Origin: Patescibacteria group bacterium | GTDB taxonomy: Bacteria > Patescibacteriota > JACPGU01 | Direction of reading: 5' to 3' | Length of the DNA: 64,000 bases | Assembly (NCBI GenBank): GCA_041675145.1 | Contig: JBAYUK010000002.1 | Span: forward strand, 24,530 to 88,529 | Shown here: positions 28,569 through 38,896 of the stretch, piece after piece | How positions within the stretch are numbered: the first letter of the stretch is position 1 | Layout: each line of letters starts with the position of its first letter | Made by a program: the position numbers and the translations under genes | The notes under the pieces: generated by a model | What the model saw: only the letters and a program-made list of their open reading frames with translations | What the model was told of the DNA's origin: nothing | Databases searched by the model: none

Positions 28569-28662
28569 ACACATGTTCCGCTATCTTACCATAAATAGAT
28601 CTTTTTTTCAAGCGCTGATGTGTGTATTATACAAGCAAAGAGCAAACAACAACACACAATAT

Positions 28663-30030
28663 ATGAAATTAACCTTTCTCGGTGCCTCACATCGCGTAAC
28701 TGGATCCAACTACCTCCTTGAAGCAGGTGGAAAAAAACTCCTGATCGACTGCGGGCTATTTCAGGGTGACTGGGATGCACATAAGAAAAACTATAACGAA
28801 TTCACCTTCGATCCTAAAAGTATCGATGCGGTACTGGTTACTCACTCACATATCGACCATATCGGACGCATTCCGAAACTGTTTCGTGATGGGTTTGAGG
28901 GGAAAGTCTACTCCACTCATCCAGTTCAGGACTTTGCGGCGCTCTTCTTAGGAGACCAGCTCAAATTCATTAACCCCGAGGAAGATCCAGACCAGTTTCA
29001 TCCGGAACCACTCTGGGAGGAAACGGATCTCAACAAAGCGATCCAAGGCTGGGAAGGAAAAAACTACCACGAGCCGATGAAGATCGGCGATGTCACTATT
29101 GTCTTCTTAGATGCCGGACATATCTTAGGCTCCTCTATTATTATGGTAGAGGCAGAAGGGAAAGTAATCTCATTCTCAGGAGACTTAGGGAACGACCCAG
29201 TGCCGATCGTGCCACCAATTGAAAAGGGTTTTAAGACCGACTATGTCGTGATGGAATCTACCTACGGGGATCGGAATCACGAAAACATTGCCCAGCGCGC
29301 CTTGATGCTTGAAAAAGCTATCAAGGATGTACAGAAAAGTAACGGGGTACTCTTGGTGCCAGCTTTTGCCATGGAGAGAACCCAGGAGTTACTCTACGAA
29401 ATTAACCACATGGTAGAAACCAAACAAATTGAACCTATCCAGGTATTTGTCGACAGTCCGCTCGCTATTAAAGCCACTGCGATATACAAAAAGTACGAGA
29501 GCTACTTTGATGTAGAGGCGCGTGACATGATCAAAGCCGGAGATGATATCTTTAACTTTCCGGGACTTGTTATTACCCGTACCCCAGAAGAGTCACGCCA
29601 GATCGCCAAGGCTCCTGGACCCAAGGTTATTATTGCAGGGTCTGGCATGAGCAATGGGGGGCGCATCCTGTTTCATGAACGAAACTATTTAGGGGATCCT
29701 ACCACTATCATGCTCTTTGTTGGGTTCCAGGTAAAAGGGACGCTCGGGCGCAAAATTAAAGACGGGCAGAAGAATTTGAGGATCTTAGGACAACCCGTGC
29801 AGATTAGGGCAGAAATTCGCGAAATTGCCGGGTACAGCGCCCATGCCGACCAATCGGCCCTGATTCGTTGGTTGTCTTCTCTACACCAGTGCGAAGGAGA
29901 GTGTCAGGTAAAGAAAGTATTTTTAACACACGGTGAACTCACTGCATCTCAAGCACTCTCCACTAAAATAAAAGATACGCTCGATATTACCAGTATTATT
30001 CCTATTGAAGGTGAAACATTTGAGTTATAA
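28663..30030 (+). CDS. beta-CASP/MBL-fold ribonuclease (RNase J-like)
   Basis: 'THSHIDHIG' (HxHxDH), 'DAGHILGSS' and C-terminal 'GYSAHAD' beta-CASP motifs. I set the start at MKLTFLGA rather than the ORF-track 28573. Confidence 0.75.
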   Translation: MKLTFLGASHRVTGSNYLLEAGGKKLLIDCGLFQGDWDAHKKNYNEFTFDPKSIDAVLVTHSHIDHIGRIPKLFRDGFEGKVYSTHPVQDFAALFLGDQLKFINPEEDPDQFHPEPLWEETDLNKAIQGWEGKNYHEPMKIGDVTIVFLDAGHILGSSIIMVEAEGKVISFSGDLGNDPVPIVPPIEKGFKTDYVVMESTYGDRNHENIAQRALMLEKAIKDVQKSNGVLLVPAFAMERTQELLYEINHMVETKQIEPIQVFVDSPLAIKATAIYKKYESYFDVEARDMIKAGDDIFNFPGLVITRTPEESRQIAKAPGPKVIIAGSGMSNGGRILFHERNYLGDPTTIMLFVGFQVKGTLGRKIKDGQKNLRILGQPVQIRAEIREIAGYSAHADQSALIRWLSSLHQCEGECQVKKVFLTHGELTASQALSTKIKDTLDITSIIPIEGETFEL

Positions 30031-30037
30031 TCTCCAT

Positions 30038-32347
30038 ATGAAACACACACATCTTTTTTTATCTATTTTGTTTGTAGGGAGTCTTGTTGCAACCGCACTA
30101 CCTACTCCTACCTACGCCGCAGCAGGGGACGCACGCGCTATGATTTCTAGTGTTCGTTTAGCAGACACCCAAAACACCTACTTCCTCGTAACGAGTAGTC
30201 ATGACACTACTACTATCCAGGCTTTTGCCCGTCTGGGCCTCACTAAGTACGAAAAAAATAACCGCCTGGGCGTCTTTCGTCTTGGTATACCGAAAGAAAA
30301 CCAAGAATCAGTTCTTATAGAACTGAAAAAAGACTCCTCTATTGTCGCTATTGAAGCAGACCAAAAAGTCTCACTCTCATTTACTCCGAATGACCCGTTT
30401 CTTTCTAAGCAAACCTATCTTGCGAGTAGTAATATTATCAACGCATGGGATACCAGTCTTGGCTCTCCTACTGTGGTGGTAGCAGTGATCGACACCGGAG
30501 TAGATTACTTTCACGAAGACTTACAAGGACGATTATGGAGTAACGCGAGTGGTCAGTTCGGGTATGACTTTGTCAACAAAGACACTGACCCGATGGATGA
30601 CCACGGACACGGTACTAACATCGCCGGTATTATTGGCGCCAACATTAGTAACGGGATTGGTATTGCCGGGATCGGTAATGTTAAGATCATGGCACTTAAG
30701 TCTATGAACACGAATGGTGACGGCTTTGCTTCAGACATTGCTGAGGCTGTTTACTTTGCCGCCGACAATGGAGCACGTATTGTAAACCTGAGCTTAGGGC
30801 TCCCCGAATCAACTACGGTTTTAGATAAAGCCGTGCAGTATGCGTATACCAAGGGTACGATCGTCATAGCTGCAACAGGAAATAAAGGAGTAAAAAAAAT
30901 AGATAGTCCCGCTAACCATCCTCTCGCTGTAGGTGTTGGGGCCTTAAATAGCGCCGAGAGTGTTGCTGAGTTTACCAACTACGGTCCAGAACTCGACCTG
31001 ATGGCGATGGGAGAAAATGTGTTTGCTCCTACGTGGTCTCCGACTAACCTTATGACCCTCTACCAACAAAATAACCGGGGAACCTCATTTGCTGCTCCGC
31101 AGGTATCGGGTACTGCCGCACTTATTCTTTCTCGTGACCCATCGTTATCTGCTGACCAGCTAAGAAAGCGTTTAATTATTTCTGCGAAGAAGATTCCTGG
31201 TATGCAAGCCAATGAGTTCTCTGAGCGTTACGGATACGGGAAGATTGACGCTGGTAAAGCCGTAACCTTTGATACGGTAGCCCCAACTGTAACTGCTTCG
31301 GCTTTTACGTTGGGTAACGGGGTATTCCAAATTACCGGAAATGCAAAAGACGATAGCACCACTTCAAGTTTCTTGCCTGATGTAACCACGAGTAATATAA
31401 ACCAGATTCGCTACCAGGTAGACGGTGGGGAATGGCAGATTGTAAAAAATACTGCTATTGCTAGCTCAATTCCAGTAAATATATTAACCGCCAACTTGTC
31501 TACTGCGAACCATGTCATCAACATTGAAGCGACAGATACCAGTGGTAATACTGGTCGCAAAACACTTGAGACGAAAGATGCAACCGTTGGCGCAATTTCT
31601 AATGTAGCCAACGACTACAAAGCAACGCTGGTATCCCAAAGCCCGTACCCTTCTATTTCACCAGCACAAAAAGTGAATATGGTAATTACCTACAAGAATA
31701 CGGGGGCATCTCTGTGGACCCGAGATAAAGTCCATCTTGGGACAAGTAAAGCGTATGACAGGAATAGTCAATTTGCGGACTCGTCATGGCTTTCTGGCAA
31801 CCGCATCGCCATGAAAGAGGCCGTAGTAGCTCCAGGAGACCTGGCTCACTTTGAATTTACCATGACAGGACCTACTGCCTTTGGCCAGTTTAAAGAATAC
31901 TTTGCCCTCGTATCTGAAGGTGTAGCCTGGTTCTCAGACATTGGTCTTTACTGGGTGGTAAACAGCGAAAAGCCGTCATACCACGCACAGTTCGTAACGC
32001 AAAGTCCGTTTACAATCGTGAACCGTGGAGATACCAGAACCATGTGGGTAGAATACAAGAACACTGGCTCTCAAGCGTGGAATGACAGTAATGTTGCACT
32101 TGGTACTGCCAACCCACTCGACCGTACTAGTCCGTTTTATACCAACGCGAATGGTTCAGGCTGGAAAAGTGCAAACCGTATCAAGATGGAAAAAAATAGT
32201 GTCCAGCCAGGGGAAAGTTCTAAGTTCAGCTTTACTATCAAAGCTCCTGAAACACCAGGAGTATACACCGAGTACTTTAGACCAGTCGTGGACGGAGTAG
32301 GCTGGATGGAGGACTATGGTCTTTACTGGTCTATTGCCGTGCAATAG
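30038..32347 (+). CDS. secreted subtilisin-like S8 serine protease with I9 propeptide and two C-terminal ~110-aa repeat modules
   Basis: Signal peptide. Catalytic triad 'VAVIDTGVD', 'HGHGTNIAG' and 'GTSFAAPQVSG'. The C-terminus carries two copies of the W/N-rich module shared with the other two large secreted proteins. Confidence 0.85.
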   Translation: MKHTHLFLSILFVGSLVATALPTPTYAAAGDARAMISSVRLADTQNTYFLVTSSHDTTTIQAFARLGLTKYEKNNRLGVFRLGIPKENQESVLIELKKDSSIVAIEADQKVSLSFTPNDPFLSKQTYLASSNIINAWDTSLGSPTVVVAVIDTGVDYFHEDLQGRLWSNASGQFGYDFVNKDTDPMDDHGHGTNIAGIIGANISNGIGIAGIGNVKIMALKSMNTNGDGFASDIAEAVYFAADNGARIVNLSLGLPESTTVLDKAVQYAYTKGTIVIAATGNKGVKKIDSPANHPLAVGVGALNSAESVAEFTNYGPELDLMAMGENVFAPTWSPTNLMTLYQQNNRGTSFAAPQVSGTAALILSRDPSLSADQLRKRLIISAKKIPGMQANEFSERYGYGKIDAGKAVTFDTVAPTVTASAFTLGNGVFQITGNAKDDSTTSSFLPDVTTSNINQIRYQVDGGEWQIVKNTAIASSIPVNILTANLSTANHVINIEATDTSGNTGRKTLETKDATVGAISNVANDYKATLVSQSPYPSISPAQKVNMVITYKNTGASLWTRDKVHLGTSKAYDRNSQFADSSWLSGNRIAMKEAVVAPGDLAHFEFTMTGPTAFGQFKEYFALVSEGVAWFSDIGLYWVVNSEKPSYHAQFVTQSPFTIVNRGDTRTMWVEYKNTGSQAWNDSNVALGTANPLDRTSPFYTNANGSGWKSANRIKMEKNSVQPGESSKFSFTIKAPETPGVYTEYFRPVVDGVGWMEDYGLYWSIAVQ

Positions 32348-32402
32348 TCTTGTATAAAAAACAAAAAACTCATAGACTACAATAAATACCGTCAATATAC
32401 AT

Positions 32403-33671
32403 ATGAACATAAATCCATTCCACAGAAATAATGTTGATACAATAAACCGTCGCGTTGATCAGCTTACAGAAGACAATAATCGCGAAAATGTCCGAGAGAG
32501 TTTTGGAGACAAAATTTCTGGATACTTTAACGACAAGATAACAAAGGTAGTGGTGAGCACCTACGACTCTCTAGAGTTTAAATTCAAGACATATCAGCAC
32601 GACAAAGTAGATACGAAACAAGCACGAATGACTGCTGATCGTGATCGTGACCAGAGCCAACTTAATAAAATAAACGAAAGAATCGCCTCTTTTGAGGCAA
32701 AGATTGCTACTGATTCACAAGGAAAAAGATGGTCTGGAGAACTTGCGGGAGCAAGAACCAGCGCACTTCGTGAACTTAACGACCTACGAAGACAGCTCGA
32801 AACTAGAGTTAGCTCTACCAGTTCTGAGATTAGCAATACTAGTGAAGTTAGAGCAAAAAAGAAAGAGGAACTACAAACAGTTGCTAACCGAATTGATAGT
32901 CGTGCAACAAAAAGACTTGAGCCTCTTGAAAGACAAAAAACAAGACTTGAAGAAGCCAATAAAGAGATTAACACTGAAATTGAAAACTATATAGAACAAA
33001 AGGCTGGATTTCAAACAGAGAGAGATGGTCTTAAATCTGAGCTAGACCAAGCAGTTACCCAAGGAGAACGTGTGGCATTACGCAGATTGCTCGGTCAAAT
33101 TGATCGAGAAATCGCTGGCGTTGATCGCGATATCCGGGGCTTAAAAAAAGAGTTACAACCAATAACGACAGATATGGTTTCTGTTCAGAGAAATATAGAT
33201 AACTGGAAAGTAACCAGTAATCATTTCGTTGAAATGGCAAAGCGCGGTTCAAGTCCAGATGTACACTACAATGTTCCAAATACTGAACGAGTAGAAAACA
33301 CTCCAAGAACTGTTATGGAAAACGACCGTAGAACCTTCGGGGGAGAAGAACCAGAAGAAGATATTAGCGATTCAAACCCTCCTGAACACAACATCAATAT
33401 GGGTCCACAAATGCCCACTATGATTTCATCAGCATTTGTATCAGAATTTATTCACGAGTTTAATGACTTACCTGAAGGAATGTCTAACACCCTCTCTCCT
33501 GCTCTTCTAGATATGCAGAGAGAGTTAAATAACCCTATTAATACAGGTCATCTTACTGCTGATGAATATAAAGCTCTACTCCACCCAATACTACAGAATT
33601 ACAGCATAAGAAATATTGGGGCAATACATGCTTTAGATACATTAGTAGACAGAATATTTTCTAGAATCTAA
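32403..33671 (+). CDS. hypothetical cytoplasmic coiled-coil protein
   Basis: 422 aa, R/E/Q-rich, heptad-like repeats, no signal peptide. Confidence 0.5.
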   Translation: MNINPFHRNNVDTINRRVDQLTEDNNRENVRESFGDKISGYFNDKITKVVVSTYDSLEFKFKTYQHDKVDTKQARMTADRDRDQSQLNKINERIASFEAKIATDSQGKRWSGELAGARTSALRELNDLRRQLETRVSSTSSEISNTSEVRAKKKEELQTVANRIDSRATKRLEPLERQKTRLEEANKEINTEIENYIEQKAGFQTERDGLKSELDQAVTQGERVALRRLLGQIDREIAGVDRDIRGLKKELQPITTDMVSVQRNIDNWKVTSNHFVEMAKRGSSPDVHYNVPNTERVENTPRTVMENDRRTFGGEEPEEDISDSNPPEHNINMGPQMPTMISSAFVSEFIHEFNDLPEGMSNTLSPALLDMQRELNNPINTGHLTADEYKALLHPILQNYSIRNIGAIHALDTLVDRIFSRI

Positions 33672-33685
33672 ACTAACAAAAAAAC

Positions 33686-33916
33686 ATGCAAGTACCTATC
33701 CAAGCACATGACGAACAACAAGATGAGCTAGAGATAAAAGCCCAGGATCTATTGGCTCGTATTCAAGCTGCTCGAGATACCTTTGAACAGACTACTCTTA
33801 ATAAGGTAGAGAGTCTAACAAAAAATGTTGAAATACTAAAAGAAGATATGGAAAAGACTAGTGACGATATAGTAAACATTCTAGAAGAAGAAAAGAAAAA
33901 TATTGAGGCTATCTAA
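33686..33916 (+). CDS. hypothetical small coiled-coil protein
   Basis: 76 aa, highly charged and helical. Its start lies 14 nt after the upstream gene. Confidence 0.4.
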   Translation: MQVPIQAHDEQQDELEIKAQDLLARIQAARDTFEQTTLNKVESLTKNVEILKEDMEKTSDDIVNILEEEKKNIEAI

Positions 33917-33923
33917 ATTAAAG

Positions 33924-33947
33924 AACTCACCCTCGGTGAGTTTTTTA
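33924..33947. terminator. bidirectional terminator
   Basis: actcacc-ctc-ggtgagt followed by tttttt. Confidence 0.6.
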
Positions 33948-34637
33948 ATGTCCTTTAGCGAGTACTACTCCCCAAACCCTACCAGCGCCTGCTTTCTTGA
34001 GTGTCTTTGCGCACTCAGAAAGCGTTGCTCCTGTTGTAGTGATATCATCTACGAGTAGTATAGAGAGGCCACTAAGAGGGGCTGCTACCCATCCGTAGCT
34101 ATCTTTGACATTGTTAAGGCGTTCTCGTCTTGTAAGCTCAATTTGAGACCGTGTAGAACGCGTCTTTATAAGACTCTTCTCGTTCACTATAAGCTGTAGT
34201 TCTGTGGCTAATAGGCATGCAAGTAGTGAGGCTTGATTATATCCGCGTTCAAGCTCTTTCTCGTACGTCATAGGAACTGGGATTACTATCCAGTCTCCCT
34301 GAACCCCTATTTGACTTTTCGTTCTACTGATTCCTGCTACTAAAAAAGCCGCGATAAGATCAGCGGCAGAGGAACACCCTTCATACTTAAAGGTATGTAC
34401 GAGATCTTTTACTGCTCCGTTGTACTCGGTACAGATAGTAACACCGTCAAAGTCCCATAACGGTGAGCAACTTGCACACAGTTCACCGTAACGTGTTGGT
34501 CTGCGACACTCAGGACAATAGGGGGTAGTCACCACATCAACATAGGTAAGACATACGGAACACAAGTAGTCTCCCTCTTGATTACACCTCACACAGTGCT
34601 TGGGGAATACTATATCCCATACGGCATCAAGTAGCAT
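33945..34637 (-). CDS. comF: ComF family protein (phosphoribosyltransferase-like, zinc finger)
   Basis: N-terminal 'CxxC...CxxC' and C-terminal PRTase motif 'LLVDDITTTGATL'. Confidence 0.8.
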   Translation of the reverse strand: MLLDAVWDIVFPKHCVRCNQEGDYLCSVCLTYVDVVTTPYCPECRRPTRYGELCASCSPLWDFDGVTICTEYNGAVKDLVHTFKYEGCSSAADLIAAFLVAGISRTKSQIGVQGDWIVIPVPMTYEKELERGYNQASLLACLLATELQLIVNEKSLIKTRSTRSQIELTRRERLNNVKDSYGWVAAPLSGLSILLVDDITTTGATLSECAKTLKKAGAGRVWGVVLAKGH

Positions 34638-34644
34638 AGCAAGC

Positions 34645-35181
34645 CTAGGGGAGCTTTACTGTTTCTATGAGACTGTAAAGAACATCAACCATCGCTTTTC
34701 TGCCTACTTCTTCCTGTGAGAGATCTACTATGAACTGGTACACGACGCGGTTCTTTTCTACCGCAAATATCTCATTTGCTGGCTTAGTTGGCACATCGTA
34801 GTATACATACCAGTTATTCCCCTTGATGTTGTTAAATGGTCTTGCATCAGGCGGGATGTTGTTGGCGTCAAAGTATGCTTCTAGATCCTTGTACTGCGCA
34901 TCGAGCGTGGAAGCTTTTACTACTGCTTTAATCTTTTTATCTCCATCGAGAATCTCGATGTGGTTACCGTTGTCACTACTTTCATGTACACTAAATGCTT
35001 TTGGATACGTAAACGATATGGGGATTTGTTTTCCGGTAAAGGTTTTAAGGTCACTAAAGCGATCTAAAATTCCTCCACCGTGGTTGCCCACTGAATACCA
35101 AACACCAAACACGAGCGCAATCACAATTGCGGTCATCGCTACCAGAATTTCGTAAAACTTTTTGTTGCGTTTCTTAAGCAT
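34645..35181 (-). CDS. hypothetical membrane-anchored protein
   Basis: N-terminal transmembrane helix followed by a ~140-aa periplasmic or extracellular domain. Confidence 0.45.
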   Translation of the reverse strand: MLKKRNKKFYEILVAMTAIVIALVFGVWYSVGNHGGGILDRFSDLKTFTGKQIPISFTYPKAFSVHESSDNGNHIEILDGDKKIKAVVKASTLDAQYKDLEAYFDANNIPPDARPFNNIKGNNWYVYYDVPTKPANEIFAVEKNRVVYQFIVDLSQEEVGRKAMVDVLYSLIETVKLP

Positions 35182-35191
35182 AGTACTTGTA

Positions 35192-38100
35192 TTAACTGTC
35201 TATTGAGTAAATACCAACACGAATATTAATACCTGATTCATCTACTTTTGTGGTATCTGTTCCTTGGTAGAAGTATTGTAACACTTCTTTGTATGTTTTG
35301 CCTTGGTTAATGAGGTCTCGCGCCCCTCGACCCGGCAAGCCCACTCCATGCCCTAAGAGAGGAAGTCCAGCTGATCCAGGGTCAGATACCGACGTGAGCC
35401 ACGGGTAGTCTGACTGTTTAAAGTTCCATACTTCAGAGGCTGCACGAGTACGACCATCCGACTGTGTGTAGTACGGGGTGATTACAGGCTTACCGTTATA
35501 TGTAACAATCTCGCCGGCCGTAGCGTCATCTCCTCGACCAATATTTACTGCTCGTTTAGTAAAATTGTACCCCTGGAAGATCTGGTCATCTCCATTACCA
35601 TTGCGACTGTTTTTAAGAGTTAGGAAATCGTCTTTATGGCGGCCACCTAACCGGTAGTGATACAGTGCGTAACTGCGTTGGATAATACTCGAGACTTTAA
35701 GATACTCAGCAGGAAACGTGTCGATAGACTCGGATACTCCTTTTAAGTAGTCTTCAATAAAGAGCTCATCGATTGCCCAGAGTTTCTTATGTACGGTAGA
35801 GTAGCGAATCTCCATCACTCCCTTGAATGCATTGTCGTTAAGATTTGGGTTCCAGGTTGGACGATCACTGTAGAGTGGAAGCGTAAAAATGGTGGCATCG
35901 TGAGTTGGAACAAAACGTACATAGTTTGCGCTCGTATATGTTTTACCTTGAAGAACTGTTGTGTATGTACCAGCAGAGTAGGAGACGGCTGCGGTGTCAT
36001 CTGCTACGCCAGTAGCAATAGTAGCAAGCGTTAGTCCGTCTACTATTTTAAAGTCTCCCGATCCAGTAACCTGGATACTCTTCCCGTCACTTGGAATGGG
36101 AGCAGGTGACACTACCTGAGGAACAGTAGGAGTAATTGGCGTCTGGGCAACGCTCGTGCCAGTAGTGTTTTGTGCTCCAGGCTGAGCAGCTCCTGACGTG
36201 ACGATAAACTGCCAATAGATACCAATATCTTTAAACCATGCCACACCATCACGAACTAACGTAAAGTACTCTTTATATGTGCTTTGGGAATTTGGTGCGG
36301 TAACGGTAAATGTAAATCGGCCATTTTGTCCTGGCGCAACACTGTCCTGATCTAGTTGAACACGGTTGCTGTTAGTAAACTGCGAGATTCTGTCGCGTGG
36401 ATTAGCCGTTGCAAGTCTCACCGGAGTTGCTCCGCCTTTCTGCCATGTAGTTGAACCAGTGTTTTTTACTTCAATCCAAACTTGTGTGGTGCTGCCTGGT
36501 GTCATAGTCGGGAAGGCACTTTGCGCAACAAATGCAAAGTCGTCAAAGGATGGCTTGATAGTAATATCCCAGTACATACCATTTACTCCGAAACGATCAA
36601 TACCCTCAGCTACTAGTCTAAAGTACTCACGATACACGCCATCTTTCTGGTCTGTGTTGAGTGGGATAATGAAAGTTGCTATTTCACCGGGAGCAACCGA
36701 GTTTTCTAAAAATCCAAGACGGTTTGGTGAAAGCCAGGCGGAAGTGGCAAAGATACTACTACGATCATTTGCATTGGTAGTTGAAAGATGCACTTTGCTC
36801 TTGTCCCAGGTAGCAGTACCAGTGTTTTTAAACTTTACCGACATGTTGTATGCGAGTCCCTTTGAGGTAGTTGGGTAGGGACTCTGCTCAGTTAGCTGTG
36901 CGTCATACGAGACAGTACTGGGAGTTGGAGCACGGGGCGGTGTCGGCATTGGAGTAAGAGACTGACCAGATCCTGGTGTAGGGCTTGGTACTGGTGTGAG
37001 TGGAGCAGGAGTTGGGGTAGGAGTCGGCACAACTACAGGAGTTGGAGTCACCGGGGAAGGGGTAGTATCGGCAGTAACCGTAATACTAACAGTCACCTCG
37101 AGTGGGTTGCTCGATACCAGGTTTTGATCTGATTTTATAGAAAATTTCTCTTGGTATTTACCAGGGTTTGTCGGTGGTGTAAATAAAAAGGCAATGCGTC
37201 CATTTGAGCCAGTTGGTACAGTACTACCATCTAAGGTTCCTGCGTTGCTTTTTGTAACCCAGTCACCTGCCGTAAAGTAGGCGCTATCTGCCTGGTTAGT
37301 AGTCACTAGTCGAATGTTTTCTGATCCATTCCAACTCGTTGACCCTATGTTTTTTACATCTACCCAGTACGATACGGGTGCTGATCCAGCCTTGACTGTC
37401 TGCTCAGGACTCTGTCCTACAATCTTAGCGCCATAAGCAGGCGTGGTAACTGTGACCCCGAACTGTACATGAGTTCCAGAAAGTATGGTGCCGTCCACAT
37501 AGAAATCTCCCTGGACTTGTTGCGACATATTACCCAGCGGCGCGGTCACTGCGAGGTTAAGTGTCCGTATTTCTCCTGCCTCAACGCTAGCGCCAAAGTC
37601 CTCTAACCCTACCGAAAGTCCTGCAGTATCTGAAGATCTAAACTCTAGCTTATGAGCACCAGCAGATAACAACGCTATGTTTCCACTATTTTTTAAGCTG
37701 ACGCGAAGATTCTTAGTCTCTCCGCCATTCATTTGTAAACTACCCTCAGATGATAACACCTGCATAGCATACTGACGCGCAGGGTAGGCAGCCAGCTTCT
37801 CGGCAACCTTAATTCTCACCATCTCCATTCTGCTGTAGAGGGTATTACCCGGACAGCTAGTTGGATTTAAGTCTTGGTGACCAACAATAGTTGGGATTAT
37901 CTTGTTAATAAGCTTGACGGTACCGGCAGGATCAATACGGTTTTTATATGCCAAATAGGCAACGAGGTCAGTGATTGCCTCGAACTGAGACTGTTCAACA
38001 TTTCTTACATTATAGTCTCCAATAACTGAGATCCCGATCGTACCAGGATTATACCCTGAAGCGTGTCCTGCTATTACACTGTTACCTCCAGAGCGACCTT

Positions 38101-38896
38101 CATAAATACCACCATTAAGGTCGACGACATAGTTATACCCAATGTCTCCCCAACCGTAAGTGACTGCATGACCATAATAAATATTGCGTACCATATCCTT
38201 TGGATCCACTCCGGTGATACGACTATCATCCGCTGCGGTATGGTGAATCACTATGGCTTTTACTTCACTGTACTCTGGTTTCCAGGTCATGTAGCTTGAG
38301 TTTGCTCCCCAGGAAGATCTGGAAGTTATCTGCGGTCCAAGACCGGCAGTATCTGCAGAAATGCGCGCTGGCATATCTGACTTCGGGGGAGTAAAGAGAA
38401 CGAAGTGAATTGCAAATTCTTTTCCTATTTCAGAGGCATCAAAAACTACTTTATATTGGAACTCGTTACTAGAGACAGCGCTTACAGTCTCTCCGATAGC
38501 ACGACTATCTTGAATACCGCGGCCATCTGGTGTATCTGAGTCAATTCTCTCCATCTCACGCCATACAAGGCTGTTGCCTGACCTTACAAATACATGGGCA
38601 CCACTTTCACGCGTCCATGAACCAACCATTCCCGTAAAACTGTGGTGGGTAGTTACTTTATTTGAAGTATAGCGTGCTGCACTCACTACAAAGCTATTAT
38701 CCACACCACTACTATGTTCATCTATTGTTATTGCTTGAGATACGATGTTAGCACTGTCCTCTAGGACTATATGTTTACTGATTTCTGCATCACTTGATGC
38801 ATGCACGGGAAACACGAAAATCTGAGCGCTTATAAAAAGCGCTAAGGCAAGGTATGAAATGGTTTTTTGTGTAATATACATGTATCTATTATACAT
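35192..38896 (-). CDS. 1234-aa secreted cell-wall hydrolase: Amidase_2 (PGRP) + 4× ~110-aa repeat modules + P/T linker + SpoIID/LytB domain
   Basis: Amidase_2 region 'VIHHTAADD...GDIGYNYVVD...HQDLNPTSCPG'. Four repeats of the W-rich module. SpoIID-like C-terminus 'YLKGVSE...VITPYYTQSDGRTRAASEVW...YPWLTSVSDP'. Confidence 0.8.
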   Translation of the reverse strand: MYNRYMYITQKTISYLALALFISAQIFVFPVHASSDAEISKHIVLEDSANIVSQAITIDEHSSGVDNSFVVSAARYTSNKVTTHHSFTGMVGSWTRESGAHVFVRSGNSLVWREMERIDSDTPDGRGIQDSRAIGETVSAVSSNEFQYKVVFDASEIGKEFAIHFVLFTPPKSDMPARISADTAGLGPQITSRSSWGANSSYMTWKPEYSEVKAIVIHHTAADDSRITGVDPKDMVRNIYYGHAVTYGWGDIGYNYVVDLNGGIYEGRSGGNSVIAGHASGYNPGTIGISVIGDYNVRNVEQSQFEAITDLVAYLAYKNRIDPAGTVKLINKIIPTIVGHQDLNPTSCPGNTLYSRMEMVRIKVAEKLAAYPARQYAMQVLSSEGSLQMNGGETKNLRVSLKNSGNIALLSAGAHKLEFRSSDTAGLSVGLEDFGASVEAGEIRTLNLAVTAPLGNMSQQVQGDFYVDGTILSGTHVQFGVTVTTPAYGAKIVGQSPEQTVKAGSAPVSYWVDVKNIGSTSWNGSENIRLVTTNQADSAYFTAGDWVTKSNAGTLDGSTVPTGSNGRIAFLFTPPTNPGKYQEKFSIKSDQNLVSSNPLEVTVSITVTADTTPSPVTPTPVVVPTPTPTPAPLTPVPSPTPGSGQSLTPMPTPPRAPTPSTVSYDAQLTEQSPYPTTSKGLAYNMSVKFKNTGTATWDKSKVHLSTTNANDRSSIFATSAWLSPNRLGFLENSVAPGEIATFIIPLNTDQKDGVYREYFRLVAEGIDRFGVNGMYWDITIKPSFDDFAFVAQSAFPTMTPGSTTQVWIEVKNTGSTTWQKGGATPVRLATANPRDRISQFTNSNRVQLDQDSVAPGQNGRFTFTVTAPNSQSTYKEYFTLVRDGVAWFKDIGIYWQFIVTSGAAQPGAQNTTGTSVAQTPITPTVPQVVSPAPIPSDGKSIQVTGSGDFKIVDGLTLATIATGVADDTAAVSYSAGTYTTVLQGKTYTSANYVRFVPTHDATIFTLPLYSDRPTWNPNLNDNAFKGVMEIRYSTVHKKLWAIDELFIEDYLKGVSESIDTFPAEYLKVSSIIQRSYALYHYRLGGRHKDDFLTLKNSRNGNGDDQIFQGYNFTKRAVNIGRGDDATAGEIVTYNGKPVITPYYTQSDGRTRAASEVWNFKQSDYPWLTSVSDPGSAGLPLLGHGVGLPGRGARDLINQGKTYKEVLQYFYQGTDTTKVDESGINIRVGIYSIDS

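Noticed and set aside
28573-28662. 5' extension of the RNase J-like ORF across the tRNA-Lys gene
   Set aside because: It overlaps the antisense strand of the tRNA. The conserved N-terminus begins at MKLTFLGA.
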